Assembly (NCBI GenBank): GCA_002104905.1
Contig: MCFE01000065.1
Coordinates: 62,001 to 126,000 of the forward strand
Direction of reading: 5' to 3'
Length of the DNA: 64,000 bases
DNA from: Basidiobolus meristosporus CBS 931.73
Lineage: Eukaryota; Fungi; Basidiobolomycota
The notes beneath the pieces were generated by a model. It was not told the DNA's origin. It worked only from the letters and a program-made list of their open reading frames with translations, and ran no database searches. Shown piece after piece: positions 1-12,400 of this stretch (its first letter is position 1; each line of letters opens with the position of its first letter). Made by a program: the position numbers and the translations under genes.

Positions 1-285
1 CATGGCCGTGGCCAAGCTGCCCAATTGAACTACCTTATCGAGAAGGGTGGATTCAAATACGATGCCACCGCCGACAAGTTCAGCGTTGACTTCACCAAGA
101 TCGAGGAGTCTGTCTCTTCTCTAGTTAAGGAGATCATGACCATTCAAGGCGATGGTGATAAGGCCAAGGCCACCACCTTCTTGAACACCTATGGTGTTAT
201 TAAGGACCACACCGCCAAGGCGCTCGAAAAGTTGAAGAGTGTTCCAACTGATATCCAACCTATCTGGGGCCTTGACAAAAAATAA
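1..285 (+). CDS. 3' end of a peptidase M49 (dipeptidyl-peptidase III-like) protein of the plant NUDT3/bacterial type; 5' part lies outside the window
   Basis: Frame 1 from base 1 reads HGRGQAAQLNYLIEKGGFKYDATADKFSVDFTKIEESVSSLVKEIMTIQGDGDK...VPTDIQPIW, stop TAA at 283-285. This resembles the C-terminal M49 region of plant Nudix hydrolase 3 and bacterial DPP III as I recall them. Confidence 0.75.
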   Translation, partial: HGRGQAAQLNYLIEKGGFKYDATADKFSVDFTKIEESVSSLVKEIMTIQGDGDKAKATTFLNTYGVIKDHTAKALEKLKSVPTDIQPIWGLDKK

Positions 286-1422
286 TTGCATAATATAAAA
301 CGCACCACTGTATAATTCACTGATCATGTTGCGAAGGGATCGTACTTGGGTAAACCTCCCGCTAATAAACCTTTTTGTTCTACATATCAACCATATTATA
401 TTACTTGTTATGAAAGCGATCGATTAATCTCCATCCAGCATGGTGTTAGTATATAGGTAGACACCCTATGTTCAACTCCCGTCACATAGGTTCCATGACG
501 CAGGCCATATTCAGAGTACTAAAGGAACTCAACAGTCGTCGGTTCTGTTCCAACGAAAAGTGCTTTGTAGTCAAGAGTTGGTGTTTGAAGAACGTTCAAT
601 CCAACAGTGGCAACTCCTCTGTGCTGGTCGCTACGTTTCTATAAAGGGAAAAACAGACGTGCACCAACCTGGCTGAGATTTGGCAAATCCCAAGGTTGAC
701 AAAGCCCTCATGAATCTCACGTGCACGCCGTAGGTGAAACTGCAAAATGGGCGCTTAAGGTATGACATATCGGCGGCTCTGTTATTTCTTTAGCTCTTCG
801 GACAACTTCCAGAAGTATGGGTCCCTGGCTGTTGCATATGAACAGATGCCAAATTAGTTGTACGTCCGCCTGGCAATCACCCCTGACGTAATCGTTTAAG
901 GGATGGTTTTAAGATTGGATTGCATAGATATATTTATATTAGACAATAGTACAGTGCCATCTATTCTGTTTACCCTGAACTTATTACAAAATGCAGCTTG
1001 CTGTACAAACAAATGACAACAAGACCAGCCCCGTTACCTGCCATGATGGCGTAAGCTCATTATGACTTGCCTAGTAGGAAGGCTAGCTTATTTGAGAGAG
1101 CTCGATTAGATTGCAGACCAATCAGGACGCCATCTGCAGGATCACTCAATCAGCATTCACGCTGTTGTCATTAGCACCCTGTGGTGAGGCTTCAAGTGTA
1201 CACACGTAATGGAAGATCCCAGTATGAACCGGATAAAAAGGGAAAATACAAGAGATATCTTGAATGCTAATTATAGTAAACTACGGACACAATGCTTACA
1301 TTCATGATGTTGAATGAAAATGGGATATTTTGTGAGACAGGGGCTTGAGGAGTGGCTTAGAATATATAAGTATTCATATCCGCCCATCTGTGGGATCAAA
1401 CACTCTCTGCTTTCCTTACAAG

Positions 1423-1855
1423 ATGTCCGCACAAGTTACCGTTAGTAAGTCCATTTCACTGTGATATATGATAACATTGTACCTCCTGTACTTACACATC
1501 ACTAGTTGAAGGTCGTAATTTGAAGAACAACGATCTGTTCGACAAAATTGATCCTATCTTCAAGCTCTATACTGGACATGGATTCACCTCCAAGGAGAAG
1601 ACCAGTTCCAAGAGAAATGATGCCAACCCTGTCTACAACGAGACATTCAACCTGAAGTACGACAACAGCCATAACGAGCTCCACGTTGAGCTTTTGGATC
1701 GCGAAATGATGGGCCTCGACACCGACAAGGTTGGCTCTACCATCGTCTCCTTGCAGGAAGTTGCTAGCTTGGGGTCTGTAGACAGATGGTACACTCTTCA
1801 GAACAAGCACGGAAAATCCGTAGGTGAGGTTCATCTGAGAATTAGTATTATGTAA
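1423..1855 (+). CDS. Small single C2-domain protein (~124 aa, 2 exons)
   Basis: ATG at 1423, GT-AG intron 1445-1505. Spliced product MSAQVTVIEGRNLKNNDLFDKIDP...NPVYNETF...DKVG...WYTL...GEVHLRI has the C2 strand pattern with Ca-ligand-type Asp residues. TATA-like aatatataag at about 1361. Confidence 0.9.
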
Positions 1856-2166
1856 ATGCCCTTTTAGTACAAAGAATAACTTGGATAATAAATCCGTAAG
1901 ATGTTACCACAGATTTGTTTATGGTCTTTCTGATAGGTGGGCTAACTCGTAGCTCTGATTATGAGGAAGGTATCTAGGTTACATCCCTTTCCTTATCATC
2001 TAGATGGATAACGGGAAATATACGGCGAATGTCACACATACAAATGAATTAGAGCACTCCCGTCTATATCGGTGCAATCCAATCATAGCGACGGATAATA
2101 TTATGGCAATCTGTGCACTCCATTTCACCTGAATATATCTCCATTGGCTGTTATATCAGGATAGTG

Positions 2167-2176
2167 TTTTCACATG
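2167..2176. promoter_or_regulatory. ICRE/UAS-INO-like element upstream of CHO2
   Basis: TTTTCACATG fits WYTTCAYRTG. A one-mismatch copy ATTTCACCTG lies at 2122-2131. Confidence 0.4.
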
Positions 2177-2321
2177 ATTTAGTGAACTCCAACAAATATA
2201 TACGAAGTGGATTCGAATTTGGAGTAGAATGCTTCCTAGTCTTGGACCCTTGCTGAGCAACATCAGTAGTTTAACTGGTCTGTTTGTGGAGTTCGTTTTT
2301 CATTCACGTCTAAGATAGAGT

Positions 2322-5300
2322 ATGAACATGAGACAGCGAGATTCGATAGCCTCGGATTCCGAGAGCTTCACCTCGGGCTCTGGGTTTAGTGAGGTTGAAC
2401 AGGATCCATTTAAATCTCAGGTCACCTACGGAAAAACATTTTCTGGGAAAAGTATGTAGTTAACCATGCATCCAAAGCAATTTTGTGGCAAGTGGTGCCC
2501 TTGCACCACTAAACCAACAATGAACAGTATCTAACCTTCAATTTGCTCACTACAACCCCTTTCGCCGCGAATGTAGTATTCAAGGTGCCGACCACTTCAG
2601 ATATGTTGACTACCTTATTCGATCCCATTGTTGAGAAATCGGCGTTTGATTATTTCACCCTGGGCGTTCTCTGTTTCCAAGCAGCGCTTTTCTTCGTGCT
2701 CCCAAGCGACTTTCGGAAGCACTTTTTCCTAGGGTGTTTTCTACTTTGGCGAACGACTTACAATCTTGGACTGGGGCTACTGTTGAAGTACCAAAGTAAC
2801 AAGCGAGGCTTGGTCGCTTTGGCTCGAAAGACCAGAATATTTGACCAGAATAAAGGTGGCAAATATCACTCATGGCTTAAGAATGTGTTGACCGCGAAAA
2901 TGGAAAAAGACTACGATTTTGAGGTGTTTCCAAGTCAAGCTGGCTCAGCATATAATCAGCCAACTAACCCCTATCTTGACATATATGTTTAGTCAGTGCC
3001 CATCGAGTTTAATACGTGGCTTCTCTTCCGACAAGTGGTAGATCTTATCCTTGTGAATGATTTCACATCTTATGTCTGCTTCGCCTTTTCGTTCATGCAG
3101 ACCCACGAAACCCATGGGTTCGCCTTCAACCTGCTACGGTGGGTTGGAGGCATTTTCCTTGTGACATTCAATCTATGGGTGAAGATAGATGCACATCGAG
3201 TGGTGAAGGACTTTGCTTGGTGTACGTACAGGATTCATTCTAGCGCAAATCCCAGATCCATCCAACTAATGCTTCTTGGCCGCTTCAGACTGGGGCGATT
3301 TTTTCTTCCTCCTCGAGCAACCACCGACATTTGATGGCGTGTTTGAGATGGCACCACAACCGATGTACTCTGTTGGCTATGTAGGCCTCTACGGAATCTC
3401 ATTAATGACCGCTAGCTACACTGTGCTATACATCAGTCTTTTGGCGCATGCCGCCCAATTCGCATTTCTTTGCTTTGTGGAAAATCCTCGTATGTCTTGA
3501 TTTTCAAATTTGGCAAGAGCATCGATGCTGACATTGATCTAGATATTGACAAGGTCTACGGCGCGCCACAGCCCCCTAAACGTTATCGAGTACCCCCCGA
3601 GCACAACGCCGAGAACAAGGAGCATTGTGGCTCTCCCCTCAAGCAATATGCCGCTAGAGACATTCACAACTCTTACTTTCGCCGGGATTTAATCGTCTTC
3701 AAAAATTTCGACTTCTTCCGCTCCAACGACCTGTTTCTTGTTCTGATTATGCTCTATGGTGGGGTTGTCATCCCATTACTGGCCAACAGGAGTGAGCGCA
3801 CTTTCACATGGTTCCTGATAGGCCAATGCCTTGTGTGGCGATTGATCCACAATTATGTTTTGGGAGCAGTGTTGTATTTTCAAAGCATCGCGAAGTTCTG
3901 GACCAAGCACTTTATAAAGCATGGAAGTACAAACAAAGAGGCCTTTGAGAGCTGGAAGAGGCAAGCTACCAGTCTCACATGTGGCTGTTGGTCATTCCCT
4001 AACTTTTTCTCCGTAGCATTTTCAACCTTTCTCTGAGTATGACCTATGTATCTTTCCTTGCCGTAGCCATCAAGACCTATAACTTGCCGCCTGATTGGAC
4101 ATATGGTACAGTGTTGTTACGGCACACGTTTGGGCTGCTGCTGATCGCGCTTCATATATGGAGCTCGGTTGCTGCGTTTGAGGTGCTTGGCGATTTCGGG
4201 TGGTTTTATGGGGATTTCTTCATTGACGAATATCCAGCTACGCTCAGCTACACAGGCATCTATAGATTCCTAAACAACCCAGAAAAGTTGATCGGCCACG
4301 CGGCGTTTTGGGGGATCACGCTGATGAGCAACAGTAGAGCTCTCTGTGCACTCACTTTGTTCTCACATGTTTCCAATTTCTTGTTCTTGCAGTATGTTGA
4401 GGGCCCACATATGCGCAGACTCTACGGAAGTGGGCTTCGTAAGGAAGCCGGGCTCTTACGATCTGTGAAGACCGCCAAGTTCATCCCTGAGCCGATCAAG
4501 GAAAAGTTGGAGGAAACCCCGGAGATTCAAATGCTTGTCATGAACACAAAAGCGGCCGAAAAGATTGTCGAGCGGGTTACGGAGTCTTTCGAAAAAGTGG
4601 CCGAAAGGGTGGTGGAAGAGACAACGGGCATCGTTGATAAAGCAAAACCAAAGCTGCAGGAGATCATCTCGGAAACCAAAAGCATCATCACCCAATCCCA
4701 CGCTATAATAGCAGAGGTTGGACTGATTTCGGAACAGAGCTTGGATTCATTGCAGTATTCACTGGACATCCAGCATTCTTGTTTGACATCTTCTCTCGCT
4801 TTCCCCCTTGGCGAACCTATTAGAGTGGTCTGGAATGCACCTAGTGAACACAGCAAAGAGGACTGGGTGGGGATTTACAAACTGGGAGCAAACGCCTCAA
4901 GTAAGATCACGTCCGTCCCCTCCAAAGGCCGCTATCTCTATGTTTCCAGCAGAAAGAGCGAAGAATATGAAGCGGAGTCCTCGGACTCTGATGACATTGG
5001 GCTTCCAACTAGCGGAGAGATGGTGTTCACAGTGGATAAGCTGCCGTGGGAGCCTGGGAGCTATGAGTTTAGATACCATCACAATGGCAAACACACAGTA
5101 TTGGCCTCAACTCAGCCATTCGAGATCTTTGTCGACGTTTTGAACCAGAACCCAACACAACAGGAGATTCAGGACTCTCTATTCCCGGTGATCCAACGCT
5201 GTTTAGCCCTTGACCCCGTACATTTCCCTGAATTACACAGGGATGAGTTCGACGGCCTCAAAGAGTCGGACGCCAAAAAAATAGTGTACGCGATCAGGCT

Positions 5301-5400
5301 GATGTACGGTGTAGAGTTTTCCTGGAAAGTGATCGATATGGATGCCAACGTTCACAGCCTCGCAGGCCGAATCCATCACGCATTGAAGGTCTTGCAGTAG
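2322..5400 (+). CDS. CHO2: Phosphatidylethanolamine N-methyltransferase (Cho2/Pem1), multi-exon
   Basis: Exons encode [39 protein letters not shown]...[56 protein letters not shown] and [10 protein letters not shown], all typical of fungal Cho2. The start could be 2322 or 2328. Confidence 0.93.
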
Positions 5401-5703
5401 AACGCTTTTCCCTGATCCGCCTATTCTTGTAAATCAACACAACGCTTTGAAACCCCATCCCGCTCATGTCAAATCCAATTATAGAATAATTACATAGCCA
5501 ATTACTAGAGATTAAAATAACGTGAATTGATGCACTATTTACAGTGATGATCAGGTGATCCCATTGGGCCGTTTCGAATTTCATAAATCTGCTCTTCCAC
5601 TGTCATTGGTTTTCGTGGTGCCCTATATAATAGGGGATTTTTCGCGTCCTTCCAGCAGATTGATTACAGCTCCAGTTTAGCAGTGCTGCCTAGTCCCCCG
5701 CCC

Positions 5704-6512
5704 ATGGACGACTTTGAGAAAGACGAAGTCCCAAAAACCGAGCTCTCCTCCGAATTGTCCGATTCCGAGAGGTTCGTGTGGCTTCCACAGATGGAAATTG
5801 CCCTTTTTCAAGCGATGGGAAGAAACAAACCTGTCGGTAAGTAGGCAAGAAGCGGTCTTCTACCTACACCCTTCTCACACTTATTTCTACCCGAAACATT
5901 CAGGCATTCACAAACACTTTCGAATGGCCAATATTGTTCGACTGTACAACGCAAATAGTCCGGTGAAATGTACCGCCTCAGACATTTGGGAGTACCTTGG
6001 GGAATTGTTTAACCTCGATTTCCTGGATGAACTGGTGGGTTTCGTATTGTGCAGAGCTGCTCCCTCTTTGCCAGCAACAGCAACTTACAGGGTTTCTTTA
6101 GGAGGATGAGAGTGAGGAAGGGCATTATTATAACGGGGCGCCGGATCCCTTTGCTGAGAATGAGTTTTCCCTTGATTCATACGAGTTCAACGATCCACCA
6201 CAGGAGGAAGTAAAGCTAGAAACCGAAAACTTGGAGAAGGAGCACTCGCCTACTCCCTCTTCGGCAGATACTTCCGCCGTCTCCACCCCTGAGCCAGAAG
6301 GTAACTATAGCGCTTCGCTCATATTTTCTCCCTCCGCCTGCCACATCTTCCGAACGCTCATTTTTAACGCACCTCAAGGGTTAGTCAAGCGTAATCGGCG
6401 GCGAGTCCGATCCGACTCTAAACCTTCCACGCCGAGTGTGTCCACCCGAAGACGAACCCGAGCTGCATCCCCGATCTCGACGAGAATCACTCGAGCCTCA
6501 GCGAAGCGATAA
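5704..6512 (+). CDS. EAF7: Chromatin modification-related protein Eaf7 (MRG-binding, NuA4 subunit), multi-exon
   Basis: Spliced product W..QMEIALFQAMGRNKPVGIHKHFRM...IWEYLGELFNLDFLDEL...NEFSL is the Eaf7 N-terminal signature. It is followed by an S/T/P/R-rich tail ending at TAA 6510-6512. Confidence 0.85.
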
Positions 6513-6907
6513 CTTTTTTGTATAAAGTAGCATAGATCTTGTACAGCATACTAAGGGAGTTATTTTAATCACGTCCCTGCTTTTAGCTCCACCACATGTA
6601 TCATCTTGAATAAACACTCTCATGACCCCAACACGTGACTACCCGAACATCCATTGCACGCACTCGTTGGATGTGGGCCTGCTTGGCTCTACACCAGGAT
6701 GATGATTAATCGTTTGAGATGAGAAAATCACTTGACTTGGATGGCAATATAGGTTAACCAGTTGGGAAATTTCTGCTTTCTCCCCTCCAAGGACTTCCTT
6801 AGTGTACGTTTCCGTTTCGATTTCGCCAGCAAACCTAGACCGGTGTTCTTTTTTGTAGACATATTCACATATTTCCATACATTCCAATTCAATACTCGAT
6901 AACTAAG

Positions 6908-7445
6908 ATGGCCTCCAACCTCTCTCCCAACGTCTCGGTCGCTAGAGATATACCCATTGTTAGAAGAGCTGAGCCTGGGACCCCACTACCTGCCGACTAC
7001 AGTACCACTCCTCATGGCACCATCTTCTCGACTACTCCTGGGGGTAAGAACTTTTCGTCAGCTTCTTGATCTATTTCATACATTGATTCCTTCGATCAAA
7101 CAAAGGAACCAAGATCATTTACGATCGCAACACCCTCCTTCAACTACGCAATTCCCCTCTTTCTAGAACCCCACCTACCAACCTGCCCTTCATCCCTGGA
7201 GTGACCCGAGCCTCAGTAGGCGCCACCACCGGAACCTCCCATCTTCAGCATTCCTTCACCCCCGCTTCCTTGTTGGAAACCACCCACGAAAGTAGTGAAG
7301 GGGAGGAAGAGGAGGAAGAGGAAGAACAGCCCAACGAAGGTTGGTTCCAGAACATTTCTACTCTCATAAACACCACCACTAACCCCCGTCCTCTCAAGCA
7401 GAACAACATAAGGATGCCGATATGTTCGACATGGAGATGGAATAG
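6908..7445 (+). CDS. 4E-BP: eIF4E-binding protein (4E-BP, animal-type), 3 exons
   Basis: ATG at 6908; introns 7044-7105 and 7340-7398. Product [20 protein letters not shown]...[50 protein letters not shown]...ADMFDMEME*. None of the ORF-track entries shows this reading. Confidence 0.92.
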
Positions 7446-8059
7446 AAGCAGCTTCGTATGTAGTAGAGTAGTTCTGGCCATGTTTGATTCTTTCAATTAC
7501 TGCATTGTTTTGTTGGATAGTGAGCATCACATTGTCCGAACCCGAAAAGTAAAGGAAGTTTCGTTCAAAATTTCTCTGCCCCTGTTTCTGTCTCTATCCT
7601 TATTTCTTCACCTCATCATCTCGTTTAATGAGTGGTTGTTCCATTGCTGGGTGGACACCGTGACGAACTGGTGTTGATTCGCCACTCGACCACCTCGAGC
7701 TTAGGAGCCACCTCCAAACATCGTCATTTGATTTGTTTCACCTTGGCATTGCTCATATATCTTTCGGTTAGTTTTCATTTGACGATTCAGAAAGCGAAAG
7801 TTCCCTAGCCTCGGAAAGGAAACATCTCGAATATCACGTGACATCTCCCGCAATCCCAACCCTTCCTATAGAAACGGTTGTAAGAAATAGCTTATCTATG
7901 TTTATTGATGCCAACTGATGGAAGGTCAGTGAACTCTCGGACTTACATATGGCCGACGCATTCATAAGCCGACCAATCTACTGAGGCGCGAAATTCCGAT
8001 ATAAGGTGGGGCCGGGTAGTCGGGGTCGCACAATTCTCTTGATCAACAACAGCATCGAC

Positions 8060-9202
8060 ATGTCTAATAAGGGGCCATTACCCTCCGGATGGGAGGAGAA
8101 GTTCACTCCAGAAGGAAGAGCATACTGTAAAGTGACATTTGACCTAGCCTAGATGCGAATGGTTACCCAGATCGGCTAAACTTGCTTTGCTTTTCTAGAT
8201 GTCGACCACAACCGTCAAATCAGCACCTGGGTCGATCCCCGAGAGGAGCGTTACGACTCTCCCCCGCCGTACAACCCGGTTGAATCGCAAACCTCCCAAA
8301 ACTCCATGCCAATGCCAGCACCCATGGGTATGTCCGCCCAACCCGAACTTCCGCAGCGTCGTCCCGAGTACGGGGACAACAAAGCCCCCTCCCCTTCCCC
8401 ATACCCACCCAACCAAGCGCCGTATCGCGAAAATGACCATGTCAGCCCCCCTCCCTCTTCCCCTTCAGCTCGTTCATATGACTCTCCGGCCACGCGCGCC
8501 CCCTACGGCCAACCCCCTCAAAACTCGTATGGTCCACCGCCGCCAAATGGACCATATGGTCGACCCCCACAGAACAACTATGGGCCACCACCTCAGAACC
8601 AATATGGACCACCCTCTCAAAATCCCTATGGCCAGCCACCTCAGAACCCATACGGGCCACCACCTCAAAACCCCTATGGCCGGCCACCTCAGAACCCATA
8701 CGGGCCACCACCCCAAAACCCCTATGGCCAGCCACCTCAGAACCCATACGGACCACCACCACAAAACTCCCCCTACGGTGCTCCACCTCCGAATGCTGCT
8801 TACCGACCACCGGTACAGAATCCATACAACGCACCTCCCCAAAATGCCACCTACCTGAACCGACCCCCACAGAACGGTAATGGGTACAACAACCCACCCA
8901 GTAACGGCTACTCCGCGCCCGCCCCGGCCCAATCCACGACCACAAAGCCGGCCACCAGCACCAAGAAGATCTCCAACAAGAAATTGTTGGGCGGGATCGC
9001 GGGAGGCGCATTGGCAGGCCTGCTGGTGGGTGACCTGATCTCGGACGAACGCCGTTACGACGATTATGGTGGCTACGGGGATGGGTATTACGGTGGGGGC
9101 GAAACGGTCATCGTGAACGAGGATAACACTTTCGTGGATGACGGTTTCGGTGGGGGATACGACGATTTTGGTGGAGATGGTTTCGGCGACAACTTCTTTT
9201 AA
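8060..9202 (+). CDS. WW-domain protein with a Pro/Gln/Asn/Tyr octapeptide repeat region and Gly/Asp-rich tail (Wwm1-like)
   Basis: ATG at 8060, intron about 8128-8198. [32 protein letters not shown] is a WW domain. It is followed by PPQNPYG repeats and an LLGGIAGGALAGLLVGD segment. Confidence 0.88.
8500..8850 (+). repeat. Coding minisatellite, ~24-bp unit encoding xPPQNPYG, about 12-14 units
   Basis: Repeated ccaccacctcagaacccatacgg-type units are directly visible. Confidence 0.9.
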
Positions 9203-9435
9203 TCACTCGTCCCCCTCGCCATCCAACCACTCCTGGCATGGCATGGCATTGCATCCCGTCTCCCCCCACCCTCTTCCCAATGTGTAAACCTCTTATAGAG
9301 TAATGAAGATCAATGTCAAATAGCTTGTGTTCAATAAATCTCTGCGTCATATTAGACAATTAGAATCTATATTATACAATGGTTTACATGGGGTTATATG
9401 CTTGTATATCGCGTGGTTCGAGGAAATTTTCCGTC

Positions 9436-12400
9436 TTAGAGGATGCGTGAGGGGTGCTGCTCCTTGGAATCGGCGATCTTTTGGAAATCCTCAGCAAGGT
9501 CGTAGATGATCCTTCGGATATACTCCCGTTTCCTGGCGATCTCTTTGTGGGAGAACCAAGCGATAGTATCATCCACCTGATTCTGGATTTGGTTGGAACC
9601 TCAGCGACCATCTCAAATTATGTCTCTCGCTCTGCAAGGAAATCAACTTACCACCGTAAGATCCAGATATCGACTGGTATCGCTGAGAAAGGTTTCGATG
9701 TACTGTAGCAGGTACACTCCGCAGTCACAATGATTAGTTTGACAGGGAACCTATGCCGACTAATGTAAGTGTGGGTTGCATTAAAGAGAGAGAAGATGGG
9801 TCAACTTTAGCATAAATTCCTTTTGCCTTGTGGTGAATCTGGGTATTCTTTTTCTCCTTGGCCTCGTGGTATAGATATGTGTTAAGCACCTCGAACACAC
9901 TATCATGACGAGAATTAAGCGAGTCAAAGACGATGATCCAAGGCCTAGTTGAACGCCGTTAGTAGGTTGCCTTCATTAGCTAGTGTACTGGTTACGCATG
10001 TGAACTAACCTATTCGGTGTCTCCGCAATTGTCTCTTCATCTGAAATGTTTGGTGTAGCATCTTCGATTATATGAAAGTCGGGGTCGTCCACTTTGTTGA
10101 TAAGTTCGAGGCTGTTAGATGTCGGTGTTCAAAGGTAATCGTGTAATTAGCAAGAAAGCTTACAATCTTGAACCTTTGGACTCGGTTTCGATTGATCCAT
10201 TTGAGCTTTGTCATCCAACAATAGTGCAGGGAAACATATCAGAGCGAGATACCAGTGAAGGCTATGATAAAGAATAGTTGGTTAGTAGAGGTAGCTCCAT
10301 CGGAAATAGGGAGTTGAACAATTACTTCTCATTAATTGGAACAAATATGTAGTTTTTCTCGAAGAGGTCGATTTTGGAGGTCCATTTCTTGACTCTTTCA
10401 TAGGCGTTGCTAGAAGGACAGTGTAAGGACAAATTTAAGAGCAATCTTTCAGTTGGAGCAAACCTGGAGGAATCCTTCTGAGTCAGGCGATGATAGAAAA
10501 ATGGATTGAAAAAATGAACTTTGTTTGCTAGCATTGGGTTCTTTCTGGTCAATTCGTTTTGCATGTATCTAATGTGATATTTCATTGAGCATTGTATTTG
10601 AAGGCGCTTTGGTAGAAACCGCATACCTCATGTAGAACTCCACAAGTGTGTCGTTCAGAAACTCCCCCTCCGAGAGCCGAGAAACGTCATCATTCGTAAT
10701 CGATAAAGCATTTACTCGATCGAATGGATACACGAAAAGTCTAGAAGAGGGTTAGCTTTGACAATTAGCGGAGGTTGCTTAATTAAGCATCTGCACTTAC
10801 TCGAAAGATCTCTTGTTCCTCAATGTGGCTTTTCGAGTATAAGTTCGTGGAGTTCTTGCAGGTGAGCTATATTTCACAAAGGGGATACGCTGTTTACTAA
10901 AGCAGTCTAGCGAGCGATATTGTAGCTATTCGGTTACCGCTGTAAAGACGCATTCCGGTGACTTAGTCCATCTTGCTCGCTTTCACGCATAGATGGTGAA
11001 TATTCTTTGTTGCCGAAGTAATGACGAAGATTAAGATCCTTTCCCTTGTTTTTCGTAGGAGTTAATTCTGGCGAGGAGTTATTGCACAACCTGTCCCATT
11101 CAAGTTTGCTACATAATCCAGGTTTAGTGGCAATCCTCCATTTCTGGGTATCGGTTCTTCCACTTACGATAGTGGCTCACAGGGAAATCGCAAGTTTCGC
11201 TCAAAGTATTCTACTATTTTGTCTGGTGGATTTTTGAAAAAGCACAAAATATGTGTTTTCTTGGGAGTAAGCGAAGCTATTTAGCGAAGCGTGTGTGTCA
11301 GCCAATAGTAAATCTTTGGAGATTACAATGTCGATTTTCAATACCTGGATCATAATATTCGGCAAACCTTTCGTTTGGTAACTGACGGCTGGTTCGCAGT
11401 ACAACCAGATATGGATGCGCCTCGCTGTAATACTGAGAAGCACATTAGTCGTGTAACTCCAACGCTGGTTATTAACGAGAGTTACTTTTAGCGTGGTAAT
11501 CAGACGAAAGGGAATGGCGGCAAGCTGGTCACAGCCAAGATAAAGCTCTATTGCGTCTTTACCCTGACTCAGCTGAATGCGCTCGGTGACACCGTTATAA
11601 TGCTTACACCCAATCAAAAGACATTCTAGATTCATCATGAGCTTCTGAGCACAAGGTGTGTATTGGTTGGTGATGGTTGTTCTTGCTGATTTTGCTTTAG
11701 ATGGTGTAGAGAAAAGCTGATCCATAGGCTTCAATTAGTGGATTTCTTATGCTGAGATGCAGTGTGATATATGAATACCTCTGGAGATACGCTACGCCTA
11801 ATTGGGCTTTGCGCTTTTGTACTGCCGTCCTGGTCTTCGGGGGTTTCGATCAAAATGGCAGCTTCTGAAGGCTAGGATCTAGTGTCAACATATGAGTGAA
11901 GAAAACGGGCCAAATAGGTATGTACCTTCATCGCCGGTGTATCGTGTATGCGAGAGACATCTTTATCTTTCGAATTATCGTCAGCGCTGAACGGTATTTG
12001 ACCTATCTGTTTCTGTTGAGATGCTTTTGAAGAGTTGTCACCACCAAATACATCTTCAGGAGTTCCGATGATTATGGGCTTTTCGGACTTTCCGATATCT
12101 TCGGCTGCACAGAATATTTCCAAGTTAATTTCTACTCCATATCATTGAAAATAGCGAACTTTTAAATCGTACCAGGCTCTTCATCACTCACCCACACGCA
12201 GGAGCGATTCCGTTCAGGTATAGGAATAGGTGATGCCTTTCCTTTTTCAACCTAGCAAGTAAAGGCTTTAGAATAAATACGGTATGAGTACCTGAAAATG
12301 GTTGACAAACCTTGGGCGAACTATGTTTGTGCTTTATCGGTGAAGTGGAACTGTTCTGAAAGCTCAGCTCCTTTCTGTATAGTTTTTTGCGAGGGCTAAT

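Noticed and set aside
8500-8850. Regularly spaced direct repeats considered as a CRISPR-like array
   Set aside because: The units are contiguous, in-frame coding repeats without unique spacers, in a eukaryotic gene.
8195-9011. Several long overlapping ORFs on both strands over the WW gene, and similar shadow ORFs over CHO2, the ligases and the CDAs
   Set aside because: These are alternative-frame or antisense shadows caused by repeat structure and codon bias of the real genes.
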